A DNA stretch of 63,454 nt, counting the filler, from Octopus bimaculoides (taxonomy: Eukaryota): assembly GCF_001194135.2 (NCBI RefSeq). It is 5 parts of 4 records of this genome, joined end to end, with 100 filler letters (N's around TTAATTAATTAA, not from the genome) between each part and the next. Parts side by side here need not be neighbours in the genome. Positions count along the whole stretch, not along the records: positions 26,202 to 50,191 come from NC_068987.1; positions 50,292 to 52,302 come from NC_069005.1; positions 52,403 to 60,786 come from NC_069005.1; positions 60,887 to 63,454 come from NC_068982.1; 1 more part is not named here. The stretch is one strand, 5' to 3'. Under the pieces are notes generated by a model, which saw nothing but the letters and a program-made list of their open reading frames with translations, was not told where the DNA came from and made no database searches. Position 1 is the stretch's first letter. Each line of letters opens with the position of its first letter. This document shows positions 47,912 to 61,236 of the stretch, piece by piece. The position numbers and the translations under genes were made by a program.

Positions 47912-48718
47912 AATAATAATAATAATGATGGTTTCAAATTCGGCACAAGGCCAGTAATTTCAAGGGAGGGAGTAAGTCATTTACATCAAACCCAATGGTA
48001 CTTATTTTATTGATCCCGGAAGGATGAAAGACAAAGTTAACTTCAGTGGAATTTCAACTCAGAATATAAAGAGAGACAAAAAGTTGCTAACCATCTTGTC
48101 CGGCATGCTAACAATTCTGCAAGCTTGCTGCCTTAATAATAATAATAATCATTTCTACTACAGGTACAAAGCCTGAAATTTTTAGGGAGTGAGGGCCTAA
48201 CGATTAGATCGACCACAGTATGCAACTGGTACTTAATTTATCGACTCCGAAAGGATGAAAACAAATTCAACCATGGCGAAATTTGAACTCAAATACCGCT
48301 AAGCATTTTGCCCAGCACACTAACGATTCTGCCAGCTTGCCCCCTTCTAAATAATAATAATCTTTTCTACTAGAGGCACAAGGCCTGAAATTTGGTTGAA
48401 GGAGATAGTTGATAACACTGACCCCAGTACTCAACTGGTACTTATTTCATCAGCCCCCAAAAGATAAAAGGCAAAATCAACCATGGCAGAATGTGAAGAC
48501 AGACAAAATGCTGCTAAGCTTTTAGCCCTGTGAGCTAACAGTTCTGCTAGCTTGTCACCTTAATAATAATCCTTTCTACTAAAGGCACAAGGCCTGAAAT
48601 TTGTGGGGAAGGAACTAGTTAATTACACTGACCCAGTGTTTCACTGCTACTTAATTTATAGACCATGAACGGCAAAGCCGACGTTGATGAAAATTGAAGT
48701 CAGAATGTAGCGATGAAC
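47912..48718 (-). mobile_element. Four head-to-tail SINE family B copies
   Basis: Units ~47912-48132, 48133-48342, 48345-48560, 48560-48718, each with an (AAT)n tail and body aaggatgaaa.gcaaa.tcaac...ctaacgattctgccagct. Confidence 0.85.
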
Positions 48719-48743
48719 AATAATAATATACAATTTTTATCTA

Positions 48744-49978
48744 CAGGGTGCGTAAGATATTTGAGGACAGATTTATGTTTATATAAAAACATATATAATA
48801 ACTTTATCAAAATATGCTATGAGGATAAAAATAAACCTTTTCTATAATGTTATTCAATAAAACCACCTTCAGCTTCAACAACTGCTTCTATATGAGATCT
48901 AAATCATCTACATGCTCGAATCAAGTGGTCCTGGTTCATTTTGGACATTACTCTGACTATAGCAGCTTTCAAAGAATCTTTGGTGTTCTGGGTGTGTTCA
49001 TTGACCTCTCTCTCAACAATGTTCCACATGTAATGGTCCGATGGATTGAGATCTAGGGAATTAGGAGGCCAAATGTTAGGAGTTGTGTGATCATGAAAAT
49101 TTTCAGCCATCCATTCCTGTGTTACTAGAGCCATTTGTGATAGTGCAGAGTCTTAGTGAAATGCATAAAGCCTTCTATTAAATACACTGTCTATCCAGGG
49201 CTTAACAATTATTTCCAGCTCCTCAATGTAGGTGGCAGAGTTAACTCTAAGGCCTTGTGGAATGAAGACAGCATCACATGTCCTTCATTGCTGACAAACC
49301 CTAAAGTCATGACAGTTGCAGGAAATTTTGTATGCATAACACGTGGAACTTCAGAAGGGTCTGCACATAACCATTTGTAATTTCTACTGTTAACTTTTTG
49401 ACACTGGTCGAAGTTTATCTGATTTGACAAAAACCAAATCAAATCTTCTGCTGGATTTTTCAGTTTGTTTAAGAGCCTTTTTGATTTGATGTAGTGGTTT
49501 TATTTTGCTTTCTCTTACAAACCGACCTTTCCTCATTATATAAGACATATCTGGTGTTTTCGTGGATGTCATTTCTGACTGTGCCTTCTGAAATGGAAAT
49601 ATTTTGGAACAGATGTCATCGACTTTCAGGGATTGTAATCAATGGTCTCTTGAACTTGCTGGATAAATTCAAGCGTTCTGATGATTTCAGAACATTTAGA
49701 ATGCGTTTTATGCATTGATACTGCTGATACATTTCTATCTTCAGTTTCTAGTTTCTTATAAACTTTGAAGATGAAAGATCTGGCAACTTTTAAAAATCAA
49801 GATATTTCTAAATCGCTATGCTCAGCCTTTATAACCACAATAACAGCATGCCTCTTCCTTTCTTGAGTAAGCTGAGGATTTGCCATTATTATTCTAAGAA
49901 ACAAAGATTATACAGAGTTAGCAAGAAATGCAGCAATGACACAAAAATGGTATGTCCTCAAATACCTTACGCACCCTA
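48744..49978 (-). mobile_element. Near full-length Tc1/mariner DD37D (maT) transposon, inactive
   Basis: 26-bp TIRs CAGGGTGCGTAAGATATTTGAGGACA (48744-48769) and rc at 49953-49978, flanked by TA. Minus-strand FH*D-SALSQ...WPPNSLDLNPS-D has 37 residues between the Asp residues. Confidence 0.92.
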
Positions 49979-50044
49979 TATATATATATATATATATAAA
50001 GAACATATATACAGATATGTATACATACATACATATATTTATAC

Positions 50045-50083
<39 letters not shown>

Positions 50084-50105
50084 TGTATATATGTATATAC
50101 ACACA

Positions 50106-50169
<64 letters not shown>

Positions 50170-51780
50170 TATATGTATATACACACATATCNNNNNNNNN
50201 NNNNNNNNNNNNNNNNNNNNNNNNNNNNNNNNNNNTTAATTAATTAANNNNNNNNNNNNNNNNNNNNNNNNNNNNNNNNNNNNNNNNNNNNGTTGTAGAA
50301 AATTTCATTAAAAAATAATCATTTTTCTGGAAGTTATGAGGAAACAAAGTCGAGGCAGCACACTTGTATACGTATGCTATATATATATATATATATATAT
50401 ATATGGTCTAAAGTGTTGAGATTTTTTTAAAATATAAATTACCTATAAAATATAATATTAGTATGACCAGAGATCAAACGATTATAGGATATTATCACGA
50501 GAATCGGACTAGTAAAATTCCTTTATAATCGCATAAACAAACAGCAATTGTAAAATATCGTTCATATTACAGACACACATTAACAAATATACATATATGG
50601 TGGGGTGGGAGAAACGGGGACGTAAGGAAGAGATGCATCTCCATCGCTTTCAATGATAGTTATTCTGTTTATTCGATCAGCTGAATTGCCTAATTGTTGA
50701 ATTGGTGAAGTATTCCAAAGACACTTGTTCATTTAACGTAAACCTCTGGGCAGAAAATTAGCGCGACAGTATGAGTGAGTGAATCTTTTTAAACTCCTGC
50801 AGCCTTATTCCAAACGGGATGGGCTTCCCTGATTTCAACATGTCCCCCCCCCCCGCCGCCCAATTTTACTCATAACTTTCGAATTGACCCGATGCTTTTC
50901 TAGGAGACACTTCACCAAGATGTCACGCAGTAGGATCGAACAAGGAAACACACTACTGCAGAACAAACTTTTTTAAGCATTCGGCCATGCCTGCGTCTGT
51001 ATACATATCTAAAAGCTGGTATCTTAGCAAATCTTAGCGGTGGCTTGTATCGGGGGAAAAAAATAGCCATAAAATTTCGAACAAAAAAAAATATATAATT
51101 TCAGTTCAGTTAGCAGTTTACCGTGAAATAGGGGAAACGTTTCGGATATTAGCCCTTCTTCAGAGGGAAAGCATTCAGAAGACTTATCACAACGGTTGCA
51201 AAATTGAGGATGAGAGATTGAAAGCGAAAGAGTGCATGTTGTTGTTTAATACATAGGTCAGCACAGGTTGGACAAATCTAAGATCGAAGACATTTTAACC
51301 ATAAACAAACGGGTGGTTTGTTTTAGGGTCTTTTCTTTACGACGGTTAATTAGAGGAAATTTGGCAGCTATTTCTAGTGATTTGTGCGATCACATAAATG
51401 CTTTCATGAGAAAGACTGATACGGTGGGGTAGATGTGGAGTCATATATGTATATAAGTGAGAGAGAGAGGGAGACAGAGAGAGAGAGAGTGCATGTGTAA
51501 AGTGTGTATTATTCTAAATATATATACATCTGGATATACACATAGCTGGCAATATATATAGACGTATATACTTGGTTATATATACGCATATTCACACCTA
51601 GATATAAACACGCATTCTGTTCCTAAAACCTAAAATAAAACAGCCACAGGTTTATATATATATATATATATATATATAGTTTATACACACATCTCTATCA
51701 AGGTACACACACATAGATGATATATAAATATACACATATAAATAAATTACAAAGAAGCAGCTAAGACAATTGAAGCTCAC

Positions 51781-51960
51781 CTGGTGCCGTGGCCACAGGT
51801 CCAGTGGTCCCAGTAGGGGCTGAAGCAGGGGCCGAAGGTGAAGCAGTGTAGGTAGAACGACCACAACAACAGCAACAACAATAATAATAACAGGGAAACC
51901 ACAACCTGAGAATTTCGCGGAAAAAGCACATGTATCCCACTGCGCATGCGCTACACTGAC
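51781..51960 (-). promoter_or_regulatory. Orphan promoter and probable first exon of a minus-strand gene
   Basis: NRF1-type TGCGCATGCGC (51941-51951), E2F-type TTTCGCGG (51913-51920), locally GC-rich sequence, strong donor CAG|GTGAGC at 51780. Confidence 0.5.
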
Positions 51961-52402
51961 ACATATTAAGCTAGCTCGAAAAAATTTTTTACGTATTCCC
52001 AACAAAAATATATATATATAATGGGAGGTATTTTTTTTTAAAGTTGAATTTAGAATAATATGATTTACTTTCAATTGGGTGACTAGAATATGTATATTTT
52101 ATTACAACAGGAAAAAAATAAACTAAATTTTTTAATGAAGCCATCAGTTTTGCGGTTATGTCCCTTTACGTTCTGTGTTCAAACCTTACCGAGGTCGACT
52201 TAGATTTTTCATGTTTCTGTTAGTGATGGTGTAGCGATAAAATAGAGTACATGATCGATTAAATAGACGGTTAAATCTTCCCACCTCAAAATCTGAAGCC
52301 TTNNNNNNNNNNNNNNNNNNNNNNNNNNNNNNNNNNNNNNNNNNNNTTAATTAATTAANNNNNNNNNNNNNNNNNNNNNNNNNNNNNNNNNNNNNNNNNN
52401 NN

Positions 52403-52455
<53 letters not shown>

Positions 52456-53619
52456 GTATATATATATGTGTCTGTATATATATATATACAATACAAATGT
52501 ATATACATGCATATACACACACACAAACACGCACACATATATATATATATATATACATATGTGTATCCGTATTTTAGAAATATGCTGTAGATTGTGAAGG
52601 TCAGAGCAGATAAATGGTAAAGCCGCTACATTGATTCCAGCAAATTCTTACCGAAAGATGCCATCATGCAAAGTAAATTTAGTGGAAAAACCATTTCATT
52701 TGAGACTGGAATATAACGTTGTGATCTCTGTGTGTATCTGTGTCTGTATGCGTGTGTGTTTGTGTGTGTGCATGTGTGTGTGTGTGTGTGAATGTGTGTT
52801 TAATGAGGAATACTTTGGTCAGATTAATATCGATAATATACATCGCTCTGTTTCTCTTGGAGTCATTTCCCCGGAGTTGTTGCTAACGTGGACCAATTTG
52901 CTTTGAAATGGCTCTTAATCTCTCCATACCTCCCAGCATAACCACTCACAATCTGTCAATTTAGCTTCTTTCCTACCTACCTGTCTACCTACCTACCTGC
53001 CTACATACATACCTTTTTGCTTACATACCAACCACCTTTCCTCACTCCCTCCCAACATACCGATCCGAACTACCCATGCACCTATTTGCCTGCCTTCTTA
53101 ACAATATTCATTCCTACCTACCCACACAAAAGCAATCTATCTACTTATCTATCTATCTATCTATCTATCTACCTATCTATCTATCTATCTATCTATCTCT
53201 CTGATTGCTTACCTATCTACCTGCCTGTCTTCATGTCTGTATGCCTGCCTCTCTGCCTGCCTGTCTGTCTGTCTAATTTCTTTCTTTTTCTACCTTTATA
53301 ATTATACGCACACATACCAACATTTCTCTCTTTCTCCCTTGTTTTTGCTATATGGTCCTCGGTCGGTTTCGACGATTAGCCTCCCAGTTTCCCCTATCAA
53401 CACAACTACCAAATGATCGCATTAGAGTGTAAATGACTGAGTATACCGCAGAAATTGCGACCTTAGCGTAATCCACGGAGGGAACCAGTATGAGAATGTG
53501 TCTCTATGCTTCCGTGTTATGCCCTTCTGTTCAGTTTCTCCCACAATGCTTTCGTGCCAAACAAGACTTTAATTGGAAACATGGCAAAGAGGTTGCCCAG
53601 TAATTTCGAAACTGTTACC

Positions 53620-53990
53620 TGAAAAGTGTGAGGAGGGAAGAGAGAGAGAGGAGGGGAGAGAAAAGGAGGAGGTAAGGGAGAGAGAGAGAGAAATAGAGAG
53701 AGAGGGAGGGAAGGGGAAGAGTAGGAGAGAAAAAGATTGGGAGGTAGCGAGAAGAGTGTGAGGAAGTGAGGAGGTGAGCGGTGGAGAGGGAGAGGGAGAG
53801 AAAGGGTGAGAGAGAAAAGAGGTAGAGAGGATAGGAGAGAATGAGAGAGGGGTGGAGAAAGAGAGTGGAGAGAGAGAGAGGTGAGAGAGTGACAGAGACA
53901 GAAAGAAAGAGGATGGAGAAATAGATAGAATGTGAGAGAGAAAGAGAGATAGAGGATGAGAGTCGGGGTGAAATAGAGGGTGAGAGTGGA
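53620..53990 (+). repeat. GA-rich low-complexity tract
   Basis: Degenerate (GA)n/(GGA)n; source of spurious ORFs. Confidence 0.9.
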
Positions 53991-54401
53991 GTGAACGGAA
54001 CATGGCCGAGTAGTCCAGAAATTTGCTTCAAAATCACAGGATTCAGGGTTCGATCCGACAACGTGGAATTTTGGACGTGTACCTTTTTACCACAGTAAAG
54101 CCTGGTGAATGAAGCAGTATATGGACGGAAACTGTACGGATTCTCACAGGCTGCATTGTAATTCAAGTGTCTGGCCTCGTCACATGCTGCGCCGCTTCCT
54201 GATTCTGTGATTCTGCATGACACTGATGGTAAAGAGATTTCCGACTTGAGTATATTCAGCCACTTACACATTAATTGAGTAATAAACAGATATTTGTGTC
54301 GATCAACCGACTTATGATCGTTGAAACCGACAGAGAACCATTTGCTTATGTATATGAACGTATGTAATAATAATGGTGACGATGATGGTGATTATTATTC
54401 G

Positions 54402-54480
<79 letters not shown>

Positions 54481-56282
54481 CATTATTATTATTATGATTA
54501 TTATTATTTTCATTATGGAATGGTTTTAATAACAATTGCAATTTCTATTTAAGTCTTACAGGGATGGAAGATGAAGAGGAGAATGTAACTGTGGAACGTA
54601 AAAGAAAATTTGGGGACGATTTACATAAATTTAAAAAAAAGAGTTGAACAATAATAACAAAATCAAATTAGATAACAATAAATAAACAATAATGATTCAA
54701 AGCAAAAACAAAACAGCCAAAAATATCCCCCCAAATCAGAGCGACCACACAATGCCCCCTTCGCCCCCTTGCACAACCCCAGATTTCTTTAGTACGAAAA
54801 TGCCTTCTTCCGGAGTGGACTCCCATCAGTGTGGGGCCAATTAACAGCAGCAATTCCATCATTATCATTTACCTCTTATGTAAGCTACAAGGAGGGCAGC
54901 ACCTGCCCTCCTTGTAACCTCTTCCTCTTCAGGTTGGTTCTTTAGCAATGGAATGGGAGGCGAAGTTCTAATGCACCAGGAATTAACAGGAAACAATAAT
55001 CCTTTCTACTATAGGCTGGGGGTGGGTGGTTTGAAATTTGGGGATGGGGCAAAGTGATTACATGAACGTTAGTATTTGACTGCTACTTATTTTTATGAAA
55101 CCTGAAAGGATGAAAGGCAAGGCCGACCTCGGCGGAATTTGAAATCAGAACGTGAAGACGGACGAAATGCTGCTTAGCATTTTGTCCGGCGTGCTAACAA
55201 TTCTGCCAGTTCATCACTTTAAAGAAACGGCATTAATAATAAAGCCTTATTTCAAACATATTCATGAAGGCGAAAATGCTTGGCAGTATATCTTCAAGCT
55301 CTTTACGTTCTGAGTTCAAATTCCGCCGAGGTCGACCTTACCTTTCGATCAAATAAATGCCAGTTGAATACTAGGGTGTGTGTATTCCACAAGTCACTCC
55401 ACCAAAATTCCAGGACTTGTACTTATGGTAGGAAGGATTATTAAAGTATCCAATGATGTCCGAATATTATGGACTTTATAAACCTTTCGGACTAGTTATA
55501 TTTTTGTTTTTGTTTTGTTTACTTCTAAACGGACAATTTACAGAATAATACAAACATCAAGATATAATAACGAAGATGTATGGTTAATGATAGTTCTACA
55601 CAATTTACTAACCAAATATTTCAATTGTATGACAATTTATTCGCAATCAGTATATTATATAAACTAAAATCACCAACCATTTCTTCGGGCATTGCCGAAC
55701 CATCGAAAGAACGAAAATCTCCGCGTGACATGTGAAGTAAATGTTACAGCGATTGGAATGGCGGAATACTCTTAAAGCGCTAAATAATTGCATTTACGTT
55801 AAATAAAATAGCAATATTTATTTATCAGTAGTCTTACACTTAACATCGTTAGCCAATTACACGCTGGGGAGCTGCCGCGCTGATAATATTCCAAACTAAA
55901 TATCAAAATGTGTGCATTTATAAATGGCAGAGTAAAACAAAACAGTGGAATCTGAGCATTTACAAAGGGGAGTTACAAACGTTGACACAGAGAGAGATAT
56001 AGCATAGGATAATGTGTGGTATGATTGATGTTATCAGAGCACGTACGGCCGTCTTGAAACTATCAGCAATTCCAGAATGGGTTACAACTGACGAACAGAA
56101 CAGTTTTTAAAAGTGCAAATTTCTGTATATTGTTCAAGTTTAGCTTTTTTTACTATTTAAAAATATTAATACTTCTACTAAGATTTGAGTAAATTATTAA
56201 TTAGAAAATTATAAACAATATTCAGGCAATTTTCTCCCTCTTCCTCTCTCTCTCTTTCCTTCCTTCTCTCTCTTTCCTTCCT

Positions 56283-56372
<90 letters not shown>

Positions 56373-56489
56373 CGTGTGTGTGTGTGTGCGTGTATGCATG
56401 CATATATGTGTTTGTGTCTCTAATTCTTTTTACAAGGGAAAATTTCATTTCCAGTTGTTTTGTAACTCAATCGGTAATTCATGACAATT

Positions 56490-56790
56490 TTGAACCAGTT
56501 TACCTGAAATTGATGTTGGAAACCTGGAATCCACCAGTCTGGCATATAAGATATTTATCGGAGATGCCACGAGACTTTGGAACACAAATACGGCAATTAT
56601 TCCCGCGGCAATTGGTGCACTGGACACCACATCCATACAGCTGCTTAAAACGACGAAAGATACTGGAAACCGAGACTTGTAATGTCGACCTGCAGAAAAA
56701 GTGCCATCCTATATTTCAAGAGAATTCTAAAGAAATATTTCTGAGATTTGAGGAGACGTGTTGTCAGCGAACCTGAAAACAACATCGTTG
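56490..56790 (+). mobile_element. Older R4/Dong-type endonuclease remnant
   Basis: TRLWNTNTAIIPAAIGALDT and frameshifted LQK.SAILYFKRILKK mirror the motifs at 60915-61139. Confidence 0.6.
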
Positions 56791-56859
56791 CTAACTTAGA
56801 TTAGTATGTAACGCTTTTGCAATAATACTGACTTCAAATTTTGAGACAAGGCAAAATAA

Positions 56860-56963
56860 CAGTAGTAACAGTAATAACAGTAGTAGTAGTAACAGCAGCA
56901 GCAGCAATATTAGTAGTGGTAGTAGTAACAGCAATAACAATGACAGCAACAACAATAATAATG

Positions 56964-57025
<62 letters not shown>
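56860..57025 (+). repeat. Compound trinucleotide microsatellite (AGT/AGC/AAT)
   Basis: Direct inspection. Other (AAT/ATT)n tracts at 25955-26009, 32540-32580, 54405-54510 and (TAC)n at 57603-57657. Confidence 0.95.
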
Positions 57026-57026
<1 letters not shown>

Positions 57027-57600
57027 GCCATGGTGAAATGCCAGGCAATGGTCTTCATGGCTTCTGATCTTAACTGATTGGAAGTGTTATGTACATGTTT
57101 AGTTTTAGTGTAAAAAGTGGTCTACAGCATGTATTCTGCTCAATACCAAAGATTTGCTTGTCAGTTGTTTGACCGTAACCATTTGAGCATGTCCCTGAGT
57201 GGCTGACGATATGTGCATCTCTGATCACGAGCAGGAGTAGTGGGAGAGCATCATAGCCATGTGTTGAGAGGAATTATTCTGGGTTTGGATAATTCACCCT
57301 TGGAAACATGTGTGGTTCGGTCAATATCCTTAAACAACCCTTATTCGAGGAACTTTTGAGCGGGATGGGCTACTCGACTTGAAGAAAATTCTAACTGGGC
57401 ATGTGCTCTTTATCTTGATATGAGATAAACACAGGGCCATATGGTGTTTATCTTGATATGAGATCACCATGTCACACGTATATTGTTGTGACATATGTAG
57501 CTGGTCTACCCTTATCAGACATGTAATCATGATAGGTATACTGGGATTCGTATATTTGTACCCTAGCGTCACTTTGATGGCGTGTATTGCTCTCTCATTC
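57026..57600 (+). mobile_element. Unclassified interspersed repeat between (AAT)n and (TAC)n tracts
   Basis: Higher-complexity block sharply bounded by trinucleotide tracts; internal duplication of TTTATCTTGATATGAGAT. Confidence 0.45.
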
Positions 57601-57602
57601 AA

Positions 57603-57658
<56 letters not shown>

Positions 57659-59680
57659 AAATATTAAATTTAGTCTATTTTTATACATGAATCGACTTCA
57701 ATTTAATTCAATCTTTGTGTTTGTGTATTATTAGATTTGGACGCCAATTATGCATGAGCAGAATATATCACAAAGAGAATTAATTTTAATCAGTTAATTA
57801 TTATGTATAATGATATTAATTACCACAAAGCCATTGACGTTCCCATCTGTCGTATGTGTTCACAGTTTACCAAGAATATCTATAATGTAGATTCTGTTAG
57901 AATCCGGAATCCCTGGAAATCCGGGTTGGTTAATGCCAGTAATATTGAATTCGGCTGAGAGTTCACCGAATAAGTTTAATGAATATAACAGCGCTGTCCT
58001 TCTGTCTTGTTTCTTGGCAGCCGAAAAATAAAGAAGCGAGACAGTGAGTTCTTCACACGTTACCATAATTAAACTTAGAAGCAATCGCTTCAAATTTTGT
58101 TACCGGGCCAGCAATTCTAGGGGGCAGGTAAGTCAATTATATTGTTCCTAGTGATCAATTGGTATTTTATCGATCTGGAGAGGATGAAAGGTGCAGCTGG
58201 CCTCGGTGTAAAGTTTTGATATTGTAGACTGAATTGTCATGAATGGAGCGCTTTTCATTTTAGATCTGTTGGATTAAGGTTTATTCGACGCAAAACGACA
58301 AACATGAACGGTGGCAACGGAGACAGCAGAAAAAAGCAGCAGCAAGAACAGCAGTAGAAGCGTGGCGACGTTAGCGGCAGCAGTAGCAGCAGTGGCAGCG
58401 GTAGCAGCAGCAGTAGCAGCGGCAGCAGCAGCAATGGTATAGCAACATCGCCAACACCACCAGCTACAACGCCACCACTACCGTCGCCAACAAGAATAAG
58501 AGACAAATCAATAATTAATATATAAATATCATAGCAAGTTGAATGTTGACCTTTCAATAAATAAATTTGACCTGAAATATTCGCATTTATTTATTTGCTT
58601 ATTTATTTACTTATTTAATGAAATATCAGGTAAATTTTACTTGAAGAATCACCATTTCAGAATAGAACGAGGATAAGTAATGATAATATTCAGTGAATCT
58701 TTCAAATATAGAAACGCGAATGTAATAAACAGCCAGAGAACAACGCAAGGCTGGAAATGAGAAATGCGTTTAATCAATACTTCGCCTGTAACAAACCCTA
58801 AATTTTGGGAAATTGTAGAGTTTGTTATGGATGATTTGGTAACGTAGTTGAGAAAGGCTTAACGATCGGACAGTGATGTTGGTGTTAACAAACTTAATAC
58901 TGTGTTACAAATCTTATTACAAATGTTCAATACTATATTATAAAGTTTATGATAAATGCGAATGAAGACAATAGATGCTCAGTAACTAATGAAACGTTAA
59001 GTATTTCAGAGAGTATGGGGGAAGAATTGTGAACCTGTTTTATTATTGTTATACCTCATCAGTGAAGCAGAAATTTCATTGCCCTTACTAAAGCAGTGAT
59101 GAGAGAAGTACTAAGTCAATGGACAATACCATACACGTGTAGGTGCGAAATATTAGTATACTTCAAGAAATTACGAAAGCGGTTCCTTTTATTCCGTGAA
59201 GCTAATGGCCTGGAAGACGGTAGATCTGTTAGTGTCAATGTTTTATGTAATGAACACCAAAAAGTTAATTTAACAATCAATATGATAAGAAAAGAGTTTA
59301 GTATTAGTTCAAATATTAATGTTATTATTAAATTAAAGGGGTAACTTATTAACTAGCATGTACTGTTAATTGCTACCGTTACCGTTGACTAATTGCTTTA
59401 AGCTTTAAGCAGCGAAAATTATGATTCTTTCACACTTATTTCCAGCTTTTAATAAACGTTTCACTTCCAGGATTTTATCGAACCCTACATCATTCTGAGA
59501 CGGAAATATCATTGTCATATTTAATGACCGCTACACAGGTTTCGATACAACGTAGGTCTACATATATACAGAATTTAAATTTAAATTACGTAACGGTTTA
59601 CCTGTGTAACAGGACCCAGTTGTATATACAGATTTATATATATCTATCTATATTTATATGTATATATATATATCTATATC

Positions 59681-59712
<32 letters not shown>

Positions 59713-60029
59713 NNNNNNNNNNNNNNNNNNNNNNNNNNNNNNNNNNNNNNNNNNNNNNNNNNNNNNNNNNNNNNNNNNNNNNNNNNNNNNNNNNNNNNNN
59801 NNNNNNNNNNNNNNNNNNNNNNNNNNNNNNNNNNNNNNNNNNNNNNNNNNNNNNNNNNNNNNNNTATGTATATGTGTGTGTGTGTGTATGTGTGTGTATA
59901 ATGTGTGCATATATACCTGCATATAAATATAAGTATATATACTTGCATATACATATATACATACACACGCACACACAGCTATGGATATATAACACATATA
60001 CATATTATATACATATATAAGATAAATAA

Positions 60030-60071
<42 letters not shown>

Positions 60072-60755
60072 GATAGATATTCATATATATCTCTCTCTAT
60101 ATATGTGTATATTATATAAGCATACAAACACCCACCCAGCCACGCACACACACACATGCACACACACGAACGAACACAAACACACACAAATAATATATAT
60201 ATATTGGCAGGTGTGGAGGAAATATTGAACAACAGACAACAATAGGAACTAAAAAACGTTATAGTCCACCCCACTTGTCTTCCCTGTTATTTCGGAATGG
60301 ATTTCCTTATTAAACTTGGCAGTGTCTATTGGAAGAAACGGCCACAAATTTGGTAAGGTGTTCAGTATCAATATTTGATAATAAACCTTGGAGAATTTTC
60401 TTCCAAATATATTTTAATTGCATCAATTTCTTGCTCGTCTGGCATCCAGAAACCATTTCATTAGTGAAAATTTAATCAAGTCGTACTAATTCATTTGATT
60501 AAAAGGTTTGGCTGTCCCTGTGTGAAGCCGCTTGGATTCGGTCCAGTATGTTATTGAGAGTGAAGTGTAGGAACTGTGTGCGCAGCAGCTAAAATAGCCA
60601 GAACGTGACCATCGAACAGACGGCCGTGTCTCTGTGTGTATATTCATTCATACACGAATGTATACATATATATGTATGTGTGTGTATGTGTACGTGTGTG
60701 AGTGTGTGTATATAAATCATGAATATTACATACATCTATGTACATGTATGTATCC

Positions 60756-60786
<31 letters not shown>

Positions 60787-60886
60787 NNNNNNNNNNNNNN
60801 NNNNNNNNNNNNNNNNNNNNNNNNNNNNNNTTAATTAATTAANNNNNNNNNNNNNNNNNNNNNNNNNNNNNNNNNNNNNNNNNNNN

Positions 60887-61236
60887 AGCAGATGACAACG
60901 TTTCTCTAAAAGAAATGGAAAAACTTTCAAAATACAAAGACCTGGAAATAGAGATAACTCGAATGTGGAATCTAAAAACAGAAACAATTCCTATCATAGT
61001 AGGTGCCTTAGGTATAATAAAAAAATATTCAGACAAATACATAACAAAAACACCAGGACTTACAAATATATATAACATACAGAAAATTGCACTACTGGGT
61101 ACTGCACACATTCTACGCAAAACACTTTCAATACAGTAAACATAAGAGCACCACAGCAAACCACAGCACATACCCAAGGCGCACAGAGCTGCGCTCGGTA
61201 GTGAAGTGAAAGTACGTTATAAAAATAAAACTACTG
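60887..61236 (+). mobile_element. R4/Dong-type non-LTR retrotransposon 3' end (restriction-like endonuclease)
   Basis: EKLSKYKDLEIEITRMWNLKTETIPIIVGALG...QKIALLGTAHILRKTL*, followed directly by (AAT)n at 61237-61257. Confidence 0.85.

Noticed and set aside
51125-51175. Hammerhead-like core CTGAAGA-AGGGCTAATATCC-GAAACGTT (minus)
   Set aside because: No stem I can be formed in type I or type III topology; at most a decayed PLE end.
56791-57077. Poly-L/I/T ORFs (also 18306-18578, 25873-26157, 58255-58557)
   Set aside because: Trinucleotide repeats are open in several frames on both strands; no splice or homology support.
57860-58093. 77-aa minus ORF with GFPGIP
   Set aside because: No splice sites or family motif; collagen-like triplet too short.
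59450-59570. Two GAAAC-containing segments resembling PLE termini
   Set aside because: No recognisable CUGANGA box or stem II.
60340-60490. Possible PLE C-terminal remnant (EMVSGCQTSKK, minus)
   Set aside because: Match too short and no linked hammerhead or GIY-YIG motif.
7499-60834. Dozens of long ORFs rich in Y/I/H/T/C/V or X
   Set aside because: Translations of (TA)n, (CA)n, (TATG)n microsatellites and N gaps.
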